Positions 1 to 10,671 of a DNA stretch of 64,000 nt are shown here, in pieces. The DNA is taken from NCBI GenBank assembly GCA_002897855.1, contig BDTO01000067.1:9950-73949 (forward strand). The letters are read 5' to 3'. This stretch comes from a bacterium BMS3Bbin05. Its GTDB lineage: Bacteria; Nitrospirota; Thermodesulfovibrionia; Thermodesulfovibrionales; BMS3Bbin05. Position 1 is the stretch's first letter. Each line of letters begins with the position of its first letter. The position numbers were made by a program, and so were the translations under genes. The notes beneath the pieces were generated by a model. The model had not been told where the DNA came from. It saw only the letters and a program-made list of their open reading frames with translations, and made no database searches.

Positions 1-35
1 TGCCCTGATACAAAATCGTTTTCAATCATAAATAA

Positions 36-1163
36 TCACAGAACACCCATCCTGTTCCTGATATTAAAACCTCTAAGCCTGACGTCACTATCACCTTTAT
101 ACTGAATCATGACTTTATGGCTTTCCCCCAGGCCACCCGGTACTATAAGACCCTTTATCTTTGCCATCTCGAACTGGTAATTATCATTATTCAGATATTT
201 TTCACTGATAATCTCGTCCAGCCCCATAGATACCATGTAGATGCCCTGCCCTGCGTACCCAAGAGTTTCAAGACCTGATTCCTCTCCCCATTTTTTTACT
301 GAACTGAAATTCACATGAGCGGTAATATCCTGCTTGCCTATATTCCTGTAAGGGTCCTCATTAACCTGATGCCTGAAATAGCACATTAAGGTGCCCCTGT
401 CCCTTTCTTCACTGTAATACGTTTCCGCATTGTATCCATAATCTATTGTGATAATAAAACCATCGGAAATTCTTGAGCTTATGCCCTCAAGCCATTCTTT
501 TATCTTTAGATTGATCTCCGTCCTGTATCCCTTTTGATGTGCAACTGAGAATTCCTCAACATACCTCTCAATATCAGGAGTAGCCGGTTCACCTGTTACT
601 TCAACGAAGTCATCACCATCCAGATCTACATATACTTCCCTGATACAGTCGTCCATTTGTATAAGATGTACAGGAAAAGAGTCAAGGAGTTCATTGGATA
701 CCAGGCAGCCTGTGAACATTTCAATATCTTTAATCTCCTTTATCCATCTGATTTTTTCAACGTGCCCGCCCAGCATTTTTTTCTGGTCTGCAGATGCATC
801 AGGATTAATTTCGACAATCGTGTACTGAAGTGTTGTATATATATCTCTGTCCCGAAGGTAATCGAGGATATCAAGCGCAAGATATCCCTTTCCCGCACCC
901 TGTTCAATAACCATAAAGTCTCCGGGTCTCCCCATACAGTCCCAGCATTCCTCTACCTGTCTTGCGAGCACCATGCCGAATGTGGGATGGAGATGAGGTG
1001 ATGTATAGAAATCGCCCTTCCGTCCGATCCCTGTATCTGCTGAAGTATAGTATCCCAGACCCGGATAATAAAGGGCCATGTCCATAAACCTCTTGAAGGT
1101 TACAGGCCCGCTCTCCCTGATTGTGTTTGTTATAATATTATCAAGCGAATTATTCATGCTCAC
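36..1163 (-). CDS. SAM-dependent methyltransferase, MidA/NDUFAF7 family
   Basis: GPVTFKRFMDMALY..GYY, GDFYTSP, EQGAGKG, SNELLDSFP, IDYG, QDITAHVNF motifs. Confidence 0.9.
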   Translation of the reverse strand: MSMNNSLDNIITNTIRESGPVTFKRFMDMALYYPGLGYYTSADTGIGRKGDFYTSPHLHPTFGMVLARQVEECWDCMGRPGDFMVIEQGAGKGYLALDILDYLRDRDIYTTLQYTIVEINPDASADQKKMLGGHVEKIRWIKEIKDIEMFTGCLVSNELLDSFPVHLIQMDDCIREVYVDLDGDDFVEVTGEPATPDIERYVEEFSVAHQKGYRTEINLKIKEWLEGISSRISDGFIITIDYGYNAETYYSEERDRGTLMCYFRHQVNEDPYRNIGKQDITAHVNFSSVKKWGEESGLETLGYAGQGIYMVSMGLDEIISEKYLNNDNYQFEMAKIKGLIVPGGLGESHKVMIQYKGDSDVRLRGFNIRNRMGVL

Positions 1164-1165
1164 AG

Positions 1166-1250
1166 CCCGGCTTCTTTATCCCGCCTGTCCCGATCTTATC
1201 GGGGACAAGCCCCGACTTTGTCGGAACTGATAGTCGTGGTGGGGCTCCAT
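1166..1250. repeat. Composite palindromic intergenic repeat (GGAGCCCC...CGGGATAAA family) with two CCCGA-N5-TCGGR mini-palindromes
   Basis: Reverse complement resembles 51723-51763 and 9043-9069; hairpins at 1189-1203 and 1211-1225. Confidence 0.6.
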
Positions 1251-1258
1251 CGACAGAA

Positions 1259-2362
1259 TTAATGATCTGTTCTGACGGTACTGATTTTTTGTTTTCCGGT
1301 AATCCGAACTACAAAACCTGAATCTTCTATCGTTAATTTAGAAGAAGCCGAATATTCCAAGGTGAGTCTCTTAATAAGTTTTATCGCCTCTCTGTTGCCG
1401 TCAATTATTGGTAATCCTTCGCCGACAAGTTTTACGGGAATAATTTCTCCGCCTGCGAATTTTCCTGTTTCCGGATCAAGTCGAATTTTTAATATCATGC
1501 TAATACCGCTTTCACCATCGATATTGAACCTTTTATACGTAAGAAAGTTACCAAGGCTGTATGCAATCAATCTTCCTCTATACAGTTCCATCGCCCTGAG
1601 GACATGGGGCCCGTGACCGAATACTGCATCAGCACCTGCATCTACAACCGCATGTGCAAACTCTCTCACATTTCCCCTCTTTTCACCAAGAAACTCTTCT
1701 TCCTTACCCGTAACATACAATGCTGATTTACCTTCTGCACCTCCGTGGAAAGAAACGATAACGATATCATTTGACTTCTTTAATTCATTCACGATTTCCG
1801 ATGCCCTTAAAATGTTATTAATGGAATATGAATAATCCGATACAGGCATAAATGAAAAACCCGCTACCGCGACTTTTTTCCCCTTTACATTAATGAGGGC
1901 AACATATTTTCCCCCTACCGGACTGATATTCACAGACATCAGGCATGTTCTGGTATTTTCAATCCCTTGCTTACCGAAATCTCCAACATGATTATTGGAT
2001 ATGTTGATTACATTGAAGCCTGCAGCTCTAAGATAATCGGCATACCGCGGAGGTGTTCTGAACGCAAAACAGTTCTCATCGTCATCCCTGCACTTTGTCT
2101 GGCCCCCACTTTCTGTTAAAGGACCTTCAAGATTGCCAAGCACTATGTCGCTCCCCCCGAGTTTATCTCTTACCTGGTCAAATATGCCAATGCCGTCTTT
2201 TGGAGGTAACAGTTCTTCCGGGTAGGTAGTCCCCATCATAATATCGCCTACAGCAGTTATTGTCAGTTTCTCTACTGCATCGGAACTCAATGAACATATT
2301 CCTATAACATAAATGATAACTAATCCGTAAATATATTGTTTCATCCGTTTATTATCCTGCAC
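1259..2362 (-). CDS. CapA/PGA_cap family metallophosphoesterase-like exported protein
   Basis: AVGDIMMG, GNLEGP, NNHVGDFG, SFHGGAE, GHGPHV, YSLGNF; N-terminal hydrophobic segment. Confidence 0.9.
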   Translation of the reverse strand: MQDNKRMKQYIYGLVIIYVIGICSLSSDAVEKLTITAVGDIMMGTTYPEELLPPKDGIGIFDQVRDKLGGSDIVLGNLEGPLTESGGQTKCRDDDENCFAFRTPPRYADYLRAAGFNVINISNNHVGDFGKQGIENTRTCLMSVNISPVGGKYVALINVKGKKVAVAGFSFMPVSDYSYSINNILRASEIVNELKKSNDIVIVSFHGGAEGKSALYVTGKEEEFLGEKRGNVREFAHAVVDAGADAVFGHGPHVLRAMELYRGRLIAYSLGNFLTYKRFNIDGESGISMILKIRLDPETGKFAGGEIIPVKLVGEGLPIIDGNREAIKLIKRLTLEYSASSKLTIEDSGFVVRITGKQKISTVRTDH

Positions 2363-2480
2363 AGGCTACAGTTCAGCTGAAAAAGATTCAGGAATGGAAT
2401 CAGGGATTGTCTTCTGCCGCATCGCTTGTTTTGAAAATACGATGAAAGGATTTATAATAACTATTTCCGGTTACTGATCT

Positions 2481-2855
2481 CTACTTTTCAGCCTTCTGAA
2501 GCTCAACTACCTTTGTGTCTTCAGCCTGCATGCTGGTCTTTCCTTCGATTATTCCACCCTCAACAATCGTTAGCTTGGGTGTCAGAATATCTCCTATAAT
2601 CTTACCTTTGTTCTTGACCTCAATTATCTCTTTTGCCTTAATATTACCTTCTATCTTTCCGCCTACAATTATTCCGTTGGAGACTACGTCACCCTTTATA
2701 TTTCCCTTCTCTCCAAGCACAACCCAGTCCGATATCACGTTACCTTCAATCGTACCGTCTACCCTGATGGTCCCGGATGTGTTTATTTCACCCTTAAATG
2801 TGGAATTATTTCCTATGAATGTCTCCACTTTGTCCGTTTTCTTTGATATGTTCAA
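2481..2855 (-). CDS. Bactofilin (polymer-forming cytoskeletal protein, CcmA-like)
   Basis: Beta-helix repeats TFIG..STFKGEI..GTIRVDG.IEG, GKIIGDI.TPKLTIVEGG. Confidence 0.92.
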   Translation of the reverse strand: MNISKKTDKVETFIGNNSTFKGEINTSGTIRVDGTIEGNVISDWVVLGEKGNIKGDVVSNGIIVGGKIEGNIKAKEIIEVKNKGKIIGDILTPKLTIVEGGIIEGKTSMQAEDTKVVELQKAEK

Positions 2856-2858
2856 TTT

Positions 2859-3689
2859 CTATCCTCCCAGATATGTCTTTGGATTTACAGGTTTTCGATC
2901 TATCCATACTTCATAATGGGAATGAGGTCCAGTCGACCGGCCGGTCGATCCTTCATACGCTATGACATCTCCCCTCTTTACCTTCTGCCCCACCTTTACT
3001 ATTATCTTCTTGTTATGCGCATACGCAGTAGTATATCCAAATCCATGCTCTATTACCACCAGGTTGCCGTTTGCTCCGCTCCACCCCGCATAACTCACTA
3101 TCCCATCCGCAGTCGTCATCACCGGACTCCTCGGCCTCGCCGCTATGTCTATACCGGTATGAAATTCCTTCGTCTTAAGCTGCGGGTGTATCCTGTATCC
3201 AAATCCGGATGTTATATGCCCCGATACGGGCCACCCCTTCGGCGTAGCCATGTATATGTCCCTCTGCTCGCTCAGGTAGTCCTTTATATCCGCTACCGAC
3301 TCCATCGTCTTCTTTATCTCTTTCTTTACCATCTCCATATCTATCGATCCGGTATACGATGTGTCAAGGTTCTCCAGTATGTCATCTTTTGTCCCGAGTG
3401 CAAATATCTTCCTGAAATCAAATTCCGCTTTCTTTAATTCATCCATTGTCGTCCTCAACTCGCTGAACTGCGTCGAGTAAAACCCCAGCCTGTCCTTCAT
3501 CCTGGAATACTGCTCCGTCTTTACCGCCGTTATCGCTATGTATATGCTTACTCCCACCCACACTGTTACTAATACTATCAACCCTATCGACGGTAGTTTC
3601 ATTCTTAACGGCTTCAGGCTGCTGTGCGGTATGATCATCACTGTTATCGGTGTGAATATCGCCTTCACTATCTTCTTAATTCTTGACAT
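2859..3689 (-). CDS. M23 family metallopeptidase with N-terminal TM and coiled coil
   Basis: HTGIDIAA (HxxxD), YAH, GRSTGPHSHYEV (HxH). Confidence 0.93.
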   Translation of the reverse strand: MSRIKKIVKAIFTPITVMIIPHSSLKPLRMKLPSIGLIVLVTVWVGVSIYIAITAVKTEQYSRMKDRLGFYSTQFSELRTTMDELKKAEFDFRKIFALGTKDDILENLDTSYTGSIDMEMVKKEIKKTMESVADIKDYLSEQRDIYMATPKGWPVSGHITSGFGYRIHPQLKTKEFHTGIDIAARPRSPVMTTADGIVSYAGWSGANGNLVVIEHGFGYTTAYAHNKKIIVKVGQKVKRGDVIAYEGSTGRSTGPHSHYEVWIDRKPVNPKTYLGG

Positions 3690-4716
3690 ATCTCGTTCCC
3701 TTGGCTCCCTTTTCCATATAACCGATAATGGAAGAGCTATAACCCTTTTTATTAATCATCTGAATACTTTTTTCAGCATCTGCATTTGACACAACAAGTG
3801 TATATCCTATTCCCATATTGAATGTACGCTTCATCTCCTCCTCAGGGACATTACCCAACGCCATAATAATATCAAAAATCAATGGTTTTTTCCACTTTGT
3901 CTCATCTATTACTATAGAAAATCCATCCGGGATAGTACGCATAATATTTCCGGGAATCCCGCCGCCGGTGATATGGGACATCGCCTTTATCTTCACCTTC
4001 CCTTTAAGTGCATCAACCGCATCAACGTATATCCTCGTAGGTTCCAGAAGTTCTTCTCCTATTGTTCTTCCCAGTTCATCTATATACTTATCAACTTTAT
4101 AGCCATGTTTTTCAAATACAACCTTCCTGACAAGGGAATACCCGTTACTGTGAATCCCGCTGGAGGCAATCCCGATTATTACATCACCAGCGGAAACACT
4201 CCGCCCATCTATAATCTCCTTACGGTCAACGACCCCTACAGCAAATCCTGCAATATCATATTCCCCATCACTATAGAAATCCGGCATCTCTGCAGTTTCA
4301 CCACCCACGAGTGCACAGTGAGCCGATTTGCACCCCTCGGCAATTCCCTTTATCACATCCGATGCTGTATCGGGTTTCAGATTTCCGGTCGCAAAGTAGT
4401 CGAGGAAGAAAAGGGGGTCGGCGCCCGATGTCAGTATATCGTTTACACACATCGCAACAAGATCGATTCCCACCGTATCATGCCTGTCCATCATAAAGGC
4501 TATCTTGAGCTTTGTCCCAACTCCGTCAGTCCCGCTTACAAGCACCGGATCCCTGTATTTCTCTGTATCAACTCTTACAAGGGAACCGAAACTTCCTATA
4601 CCCTGTAGAACACAACTGCTGAATGTGGCACGGGCAAGGGGCGCTATTGTCTTGACTAACCGTTCTCCTTTTTCAATATCTACTCCCGATTTTTTATACG
4701 TAATCTCATCATTCAT
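3676..4716 (-). CDS. purM: Phosphoribosylformylglycinamidine cyclo-ligase
   Basis: ITYKKSGVDI, GTDGVGTKLK, DLVAMCVND, GGETAEMP, HITGGG, TFNMGIG; start taken at MNDEITY. Confidence 0.97.
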   Translation of the reverse strand: MNDEITYKKSGVDIEKGERLVKTIAPLARATFSSCVLQGIGSFGSLVRVDTEKYRDPVLVSGTDGVGTKLKIAFMMDRHDTVGIDLVAMCVNDILTSGADPLFFLDYFATGNLKPDTASDVIKGIAEGCKSAHCALVGGETAEMPDFYSDGEYDIAGFAVGVVDRKEIIDGRSVSAGDVIIGIASSGIHSNGYSLVRKVVFEKHGYKVDKYIDELGRTIGEELLEPTRIYVDAVDALKGKVKIKAMSHITGGGIPGNIMRTIPDGFSIVIDETKWKKPLIFDIIMALGNVPEEEMKRTFNMGIGYTLVVSNADAEKSIQMINKKGYSSSIIGYMEKGAKGTRYVKN

Positions 4717-4923
4717 AAAATACCCTGCAGCCCTTTTGAACACCCATTTTTAACACAAACATACATCGGATTGCAATATTCCAAAAAACCCCAATCATTA
4801 TAGCGTCGCAAAAAGTCGCCGGCTACTGCGTCCGCATGGCAATTAATTCAGGTAAGGAATAATGTTAATTTTCATCCCCGAGACCCCGAAAGAATAAGGG
4901 CCGGGGATGAGAGAAGGGATAGC

Positions 4924-5751
4924 TCAATCAACCTTTAACACACATTTCTCACAGGAACTCCCGTCGGCCCGGCAAACCCCCGAAATACCCTGATGACATA
5001 GTGCAAAATCATATCTGAGCGGGTCTTCAGGATTAAGACGTTTCAGTGATTCAGTAACCTCTGCCGCCATGTTCCAGTCGGGGGTTTTTCTCCCTGTTAA
5101 TCCCAGGCACCCGGCTATCCTCGCAATATGTGTATCAAGCGGTATTATCAGTCTCTTTTCAGGTATCCCTTTCCATAAACCGAAGTCAATATCACTGTCC
5201 CGCACCATCCATCTGAGAAACATATTCAGCCTCTTGCATGCGCTTCCTTTTGCAGGAGAAGGGACAAGATATCCGAACCCCTTTCCCTTTATTCCGGATT
5301 GACCTGCATACCGGAGAAAGATATCCGCAAGGCCGGTCAACGCCATCCTGGTGTCTCCCGCCGAATTTTCATAAAATGCCCGAAAGGTATTGCCAAGTGA
5401 ATCATGGTCCGTCATGACTTTCTTTAGAGACAGAATAAGGATGACGAGGTCTTTTTCGTCATTGAACCTGTATCTCAGTCCCCTGAAGCGCCTGCTGTCC
5501 TTTGAACGGCTGAACTCCATCACAAATGAATAGGGAGAATTGCCCATTTGTAAAAAAACCTTTTCAAGGAACGATTTGAAAATATCAACTTTCCCGTAGG
5601 CGAACAGCGCGGAAATAAATGCGGCAACTTCTATGTCCATTCGGGTTTTATATCTGTGCGGAAACTCTATAGGGTCATTTTGGATGTGTGTTTCAAAATC
5701 GAAGTTTTCGTACAAACGCTCAAGAGTCTCTCTCAACCTTGCGTCAGACAA
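4924..5751 (-). CDS. TIGR02757 family protein (HhH-GPD-like) with C-terminal Cys cluster
   Basis: DPIEFPHRY, SACKRLNMFLRWMVR, IPLDTH, DPLRYDFAL, C..CEKC. Confidence 0.9.
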   Translation of the reverse strand: MSDARLRETLERLYENFDFETHIQNDPIEFPHRYKTRMDIEVAAFISALFAYGKVDIFKSFLEKVFLQMGNSPYSFVMEFSRSKDSRRFRGLRYRFNDEKDLVILILSLKKVMTDHDSLGNTFRAFYENSAGDTRMALTGLADIFLRYAGQSGIKGKGFGYLVPSPAKGSACKRLNMFLRWMVRDSDIDFGLWKGIPEKRLIIPLDTHIARIAGCLGLTGRKTPDWNMAAEVTESLKRLNPEDPLRYDFALCHQGISGVCRADGSSCEKCVLKVD

Positions 5752-7840
5752 GACTGAATACCGTTTCCCTCTCCTGCATATTCACCTTTTCCACGAGTAT
5801 CCTGATATCCTGCCCGATCCTGTAAACCTTCTTTGTATGTTTACCCCTGAACGTAAGATCGCTTTCATTATAGATATAAAAATCATTCGTCATATCTGAG
5901 ATATGGATAAAGCCTTCAATATAGAAATCCTTTAACCTGACCTTTATGCCGTAAGGGGCTATACCTGTTATGCGACCCGCAAATTCACTCCCCACCCTGC
6001 CCTTCATAAACCACGCCCTCATGGCATCCACCACTTCACGCTCCGCCTCATCGGCAACCCTTTCCCTTCTTGAGCTGTGCAACGCTATGTCGGGCAACAG
6101 TGACTCATATATCTTGAGCTTTTTATCGGGCAACCCTTTTCTGCACATAATCAGGTCTCTCAATATCCTGTGGATAACGAGATCAGGATATCTCCTTATC
6201 GGGGAAGTAAAGTGGGTATAGCTTTGTGATGCAAGGCCGAAATGACCGATATTTTCGGTTGAATACCGGGCCTGTTTCAGACTCCTCAGAACTATGTAAT
6301 TAAAGGCCTCTTCGGCAGGTTGTCCCCTTAAACTTTCCAGCAATAAAGGAATATCACGCGGTGTGACCTTCCGTTTCCTTATGTTCGTGGCGCCCCTCAG
6401 TACGGCCATTATGTTATCCAGTTTCGACTCGTCGGGTTCTTCATGCACCCGGTAAAGAGACGGCACCCCTTTACTCTCTATATATTCAGAAACGGCTTCA
6501 TTGGCGGCTATCATGAACTCTTCTATTATTATGTGTGCAAAGTTCCTCTCCGCACTGATGATCGCCTCCAGATTACCCTTCAGATCGAGAATAATCTCCG
6601 GCTCCGGCAGGTCAAAATCCAGGCTTCCCCTCTGCATCCGTTTCGACCTCAGGATATTTGTCAGCTCGGACATAAGCTCAAAATCATACAGGAGACTCTC
6701 ATACTTTTTTCTCTCCCCGGCGTCCTGATCTATCAGAATCTTCTTCACCGAATTATAGGTCATTCTATTATTGCTCTCGATGACACTCGGATAAAAACTC
6801 TCCCTTATCCTGTGGCCATTACGGCTGAAATCCATTTCTGCAGTGAAAGCAAGCCTCTTCACGTGAGGTCTCAGGCTGCACAGGTCTTCAGAAATAACCT
6901 TCGGGAACATAGGCAGAACCCTGTCGGGAAAATATACGCTCGTCCCCCTGCTCCTCGCCTCCATATCAATAACATCGTTCCATTTGACATAATGACTGAC
7001 ATCGGCTATATGCACATAAAGTCTGTATCCGTCGGGGATGCACCTGACAGATATGGCGTCATCAAAATCCCTGGCTGTTTCCCCGTCAACCGTGACGGTA
7101 CTGAGAGCTGTTAAATCACGCCGTCTTCCCTCTTTCATGTCGGAGGCCTCTTTGCTGAGCATCCTCACCACATCGGTAACCTCGTGAGGGAACCGCCGCG
7201 GTAAACTCATCTCATCTATTATCGCCTCAATCTCACTCTTGGGGTCATCAGGCGGACTGATTATCTTTACAACACGTCCCCTTGGAGGCCTTTTGTCCGT
7301 AGGATAATCCGTTATTTCGGCAACCGCAACATCTCCGTTCTTCGCATCTCCTTTCATGTTAAAGGGGATATAGATGTCAAAGGGAACTTTCCGGCTCTTC
7401 GGCCTGAGAAAAACCGACTCCCCATCTACGTCTATCACACCGGCAACCCTGTTATACGCCCTCTCGAGAATCCTTACAATCCTGCCTTCTCTCTTCTTCA
7501 AATTATCGACACGCACCATTACCCGGTCATTATTCATCGCGCCCATGGTAGCACGTGCCGGTACAAATATGTCCTTTTCTCCGAGCTTTTCAAGGATCAC
7601 AAATCCATACCCTTCCTTGTGTGCTTCAAAATAACCCGTCTCAAGACGCATCTCCCCTGCCGGCCCGTACATGCCTTTCCGGGTCCTGATAATCTCCCCA
7701 TCATTCACCATATCCTTTAGCAGTCTCTTGAGAGTACGTAGAAATTTCTTCGGCAATCCAAGACTCTCCGCAAGAGCCCTGAAACTCAGAGGTTTTTTAT
7801 TGGACCTGATATGAGCAAGTATGTCCTGTCTTTTTATCAT
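5744..7840 (-). CDS. rnr: Ribonuclease R
   Basis: CSD (GYGFV), RNB motifs TVDGETARDFDDAIS, YTHFTSPIRRYPDL, C-terminal S1 domain. Confidence 0.96.
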   Translation of the reverse strand: MIKRQDILAHIRSNKKPLSFRALAESLGLPKKFLRTLKRLLKDMVNDGEIIRTRKGMYGPAGEMRLETGYFEAHKEGYGFVILEKLGEKDIFVPARATMGAMNNDRVMVRVDNLKKREGRIVRILERAYNRVAGVIDVDGESVFLRPKSRKVPFDIYIPFNMKGDAKNGDVAVAEITDYPTDKRPPRGRVVKIISPPDDPKSEIEAIIDEMSLPRRFPHEVTDVVRMLSKEASDMKEGRRRDLTALSTVTVDGETARDFDDAISVRCIPDGYRLYVHIADVSHYVKWNDVIDMEARSRGTSVYFPDRVLPMFPKVISEDLCSLRPHVKRLAFTAEMDFSRNGHRIRESFYPSVIESNNRMTYNSVKKILIDQDAGERKKYESLLYDFELMSELTNILRSKRMQRGSLDFDLPEPEIILDLKGNLEAIISAERNFAHIIIEEFMIAANEAVSEYIESKGVPSLYRVHEEPDESKLDNIMAVLRGATNIRKRKVTPRDIPLLLESLRGQPAEEAFNYIVLRSLKQARYSTENIGHFGLASQSYTHFTSPIRRYPDLVIHRILRDLIMCRKGLPDKKLKIYESLLPDIALHSSRRERVADEAEREVVDAMRAWFMKGRVGSEFAGRITGIAPYGIKVRLKDFYIEGFIHISDMTNDFYIYNESDLTFRGKHTKKVYRIGQDIRILVEKVNMQERETVFSLV

Positions 7841-7851
7841 AGTGTTTATTT

Positions 7852-8034
7852 TGATGAACCCGTAAAAAGTCCTGAATTGTCACTCTGAGCGAAATAACCC
7901 CTCTTCGCTTCTCCCCTTATTTAAGGGGAGAATGGGTAGGGTTAAGATGAGATTCTTCGACAACCCTTCGGCAGGCTCATGGCATAGCTCAGAATGACGG
8001 AAGAGCCTTTAATACACTTTTTACGACTCCATCA
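7852..8034. mobile_element. MITE-like element with REP doublet and nested C/G-run palindrome
   Basis: TIRs TGATGAACCCGTAAAAAGT / ACTTTTTACGACTCCATCA; internal GTCACTCTGAGCG...GCTCAGAATGAC; nested CTCCCCTT-ATTT-AAGGGGAG. Confidence 0.75.
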
Positions 8035-8757
8035 CTAATAATATCTTTTCTTTTTCCTTGATACCTTTCCGGCTACCCACCCGAAAAAAAATACACCACC
8101 CCCTGCAAGGAACCAGTAGATCATTCTCTTTTCAAAAAGATTCGCATTTTCCTTTTTGAATTTATCCCTCTCTCTGCCGAGGTCTCCATTCTCTTTCTTG
8201 AGCATATCGCGCTCACTGACTATTTTCACTACATCCTTCGCCTGCTCAAGCAGGGTATTATACTTGTTTGTCATCTGTTTGAGCTCTCTTTCAGTAACCA
8301 GGATCTTATTATTTATTTCCTTTATCTTATTTTCGAGCTCCTTAACCTTTACGGAATTGCCCTGTTTTGCCGTTTTAAGTTTTTCCTTTAACGAATCCCT
8401 TTCCTTGCCGACCTGATCCAGCCGTTGCCCGAGTTTGTCAATCTCTCCATGCAGCCTGTCGATAACCTGTGCCTTTGGTATATCAGGAGTTACATACTGT
8501 TTGCGTATCCAACCTTCCTTGCCGTCTTCTGTTCTTACCCTCATATACGCACCGTCTTCCTCAAGTACATCAACCGGGGTTCCTGTCTTGAGCGTTTTAA
8601 TAATCTTGAAATCCGTACTTTTACCATCACGCATTGTAATAATCAGCTTGTCCGAAACATACTGAGTGTCCGCCCAGACTTTATGGATAGGCATAATGAT
8701 AGCAATAAACGAAAAAATAAATGGCATTATAAAATTATTGCTTACACTGATTCTCAT
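8035..8757 (-). CDS. SH3 domain protein, TIGR04211/YgiM-like
   Basis: Signal peptide, YVSD.L.ITMRDG..GWI SH3, coiled coil, C-terminal WFLAGGGV TM. Confidence 0.88.
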   Translation of the reverse strand: MRISVSNNFIMPFIFSFIAIIMPIHKVWADTQYVSDKLIITMRDGKSTDFKIIKTLKTGTPVDVLEEDGAYMRVRTEDGKEGWIRKQYVTPDIPKAQVIDRLHGEIDKLGQRLDQVGKERDSLKEKLKTAKQGNSVKVKELENKIKEINNKILVTERELKQMTNKYNTLLEQAKDVVKIVSERDMLKKENGDLGRERDKFKKENANLFEKRMIYWFLAGGGVFFFGWVAGKVSRKKKRYY

Positions 8758-9134
8758 ATAAATTCCTCCATGATTGAGTATCCCATTTATTATATTTTGA
8801 CAAAATATAACACAAACATAATCTCCAATACAACTTTGTCCGGGACATGCAGGAGATATACCGTCAGATCATAATAAAGTGGTTCTTCTGAAAAAAACAG
8901 GAAATCTCTTGACAAGGTATAAATCAATGCAAATGAATTGAGCATATGACCGACGGTTTAATAAAAAAACGGGCAAGAACAGATAAACTTTGTGCCTTCT
9001 TCCCTCCTGCCTCTTAGCCTGAGTATTTACCTCTATTTAAATAGAGCCCCGCCTCGACTTTGTCGGGACAGACTGTATTTATTCACATTTCTGCGAGTCG
9101 CGGACAAATGTCCGGGTCTTCTGTTTTTCCGGAT

Positions 9135-9170
9135 AAAAATGCCCCTCCTTTTCATGGGAGGGGACATTTC
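9135..9170 (-). terminator. Intrinsic terminator of csp
   Basis: Minus strand AAATGTCCCCTCC-CATGAAAA-GGAGGGGCATTTTT just after the stop codon. Confidence 0.8.
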
Positions 9171-9175
9171 ACCAA

Positions 9176-9376
9176 TCAGACCTTGACTACATTAACAGCT
9201 TTTGGACCTTTGGGACCTTCTTCGGTATCAAAGGTAACCGAGTCACCCTCGGCAAGGGTTTTAAAACCATCACCCTGGATGGAACTAAAATGGACGAAAA
9301 CATCATTTCCGTCTTCGCCGGTAATGAAACCAAAACCCTTGGTTTCATTAAACCACTTGACTGTTCCGTTAGCCAT
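9176..9376 (-). CDS. cspA: Cold-shock protein
   Basis: GTVKWFN..KGFGFI (RNP1), VFVHFSSI (RNP2); AGGAGGAG RBS. Confidence 0.97.
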   Translation of the reverse strand: MANGTVKWFNETKGFGFITGEDGNDVFVHFSSIQGDGFKTLAEGDSVTFDTEEGPKGPKAVNVVKV

Positions 9377-9499
9377 CTCTTCTTTCTCCTCCTTGCTTAT
9401 AAACTAAAGTCTCAGAATTATACTTCTATCAAAAAAAGCCACAAAGTTAAAAGTCTTTGCGGCCTTGCCAGTTACAAAAACTTCTGAAACTCCGTAAAA

Positions 9500-9529
9500 A
9501 GATTAGCATGTTCAATAATAATAAGTCAA
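9500..9529 (-). promoter_or_regulatory. Putative sigma70 promoter of csp
   Basis: TTGACT-18 nt-TAATCT with TGn extension on the minus strand. Confidence 0.55.
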
Positions 9530-9555
9530 CGGCATTAAACATCCGTCTACCTGTA

Positions 9556-10671
9556 TCAGTGCAATTTCCCCCTGTATGAAACTACCCTGTCTTTACCCAA
9601 ACCCTTTGCCTCATACATGGCACTGTCGGATGCCCTTATCAGAGACTCAACCATTTCGACTATATTGTCCCCTAATTCAACATTCATACTGAGAGATGCC
9701 ACACCTATGCTGCAGGTTACTTCTCCTTTAATGTTTAATGCAGGCGGTCCGGATGGACCATTGGAACTAATAAAGACATTTTCAGAGATGTTCTTTCTCA
9801 GCCTCTCCGCATATTCCACTGCATAATCTATATCTGTATCAGGCATGATAATTATATACTCGTCACCACCGTATCTCGTCAGGACGGCATTTGTCCCTGC
9901 AAACACTTCCCTGGTTATATCCGCAACCTCCTTTAACAGTCTGCTCCCAATAAGGTGACCATGGCTGTCGTTTATCACCTTCAATGAATCGAGGTCATAA
10001 AATATGAGTGCAATATCTCCTCCATCTCTGACAACCCTTTTAACTTCCCATGTAAGCCTCTGCAGGAAATACCTGTCATTGTACAGGTCTGTAAGATTGT
10101 CCCGCTTTGAAAGCTCCTCGAATCTTCTCGCATCCAGCGCATTCTGCATGAACGTACCGGTGTATCCGGCAAAAATCTCCAGCAGGGCAAGGTCTTTCCT
10201 GTCATAATTTATTCTGTCCATTCTGTTTATAAGCTCTATCACGCCTATAATCGAGCTGTCGATATTGATGGGTGCGCATATTATTGATCTGCACTCATAT
10301 TTCGTCTCTTCATTAACTATGGGCAGGAACTTGTCGTCCTTCCTTACATCCTCGCAGAAATAAGGTTTTCCACTCCGATAGGTTTCCCCCGTTATCCCCA
10401 CCCTGTCGGAAAGTGAACTGCCGGCCAGATGTGCAGAGCCCTCTCCAAAGCAGGCCATAAAATAAAGTTTGCCATCCTCTTTTTTGTTAAGTTTAAGCAA
10501 GGGATCATCAATAAGAATGGAGCCTGATTCCGACGGGACAAATTCGTTGGCTGATATCAATATTTCACGAAGGACAGCGCTAAGGTCAACCTCGTGCTCT
10601 ATATCTTTCGTCCTGATTTTTCTTTTAAGTATCCTGGCAATTAATGATAGATCGGCAACCCTGATATTCAT
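9556..10671 (-). CDS. GAF-GGDEF diguanylate cyclase
   Basis: GAF domain then DNLTDLYNDR, DLDSLK.IND.HGH, RYGGDEY, CSIG, MYEAK. Confidence 0.92.
   Translation of the reverse strand: MNIRVADLSLIARILKRKIRTKDIEHEVDLSAVLREILISANEFVPSESGSILIDDPLLKLNKKEDGKLYFMACFGEGSAHLAGSSLSDRVGITGETYRSGKPYFCEDVRKDDKFLPIVNEETKYECRSIICAPINIDSSIIGVIELINRMDRINYDRKDLALLEIFAGYTGTFMQNALDARRFEELSKRDNLTDLYNDRYFLQRLTWEVKRVVRDGGDIALIFYDLDSLKVINDSHGHLIGSRLLKEVADITREVFAGTNAVLTRYGGDEYIIIMPDTDIDYAVEYAERLRKNISENVFISSNGPSGPPALNIKGEVTCSIGVASLSMNVELGDNIVEMVESLIRASDSAMYEAKGLGKDRVVSYRGKLH

Noticed and set aside
4801-4910. CGTCGCAAAAAGTC terminus plus CATCCCCG...CGGGGATG hairpin as a full MITE
   Set aside because: Only one TIR-like end is visible, so it is at most a remnant
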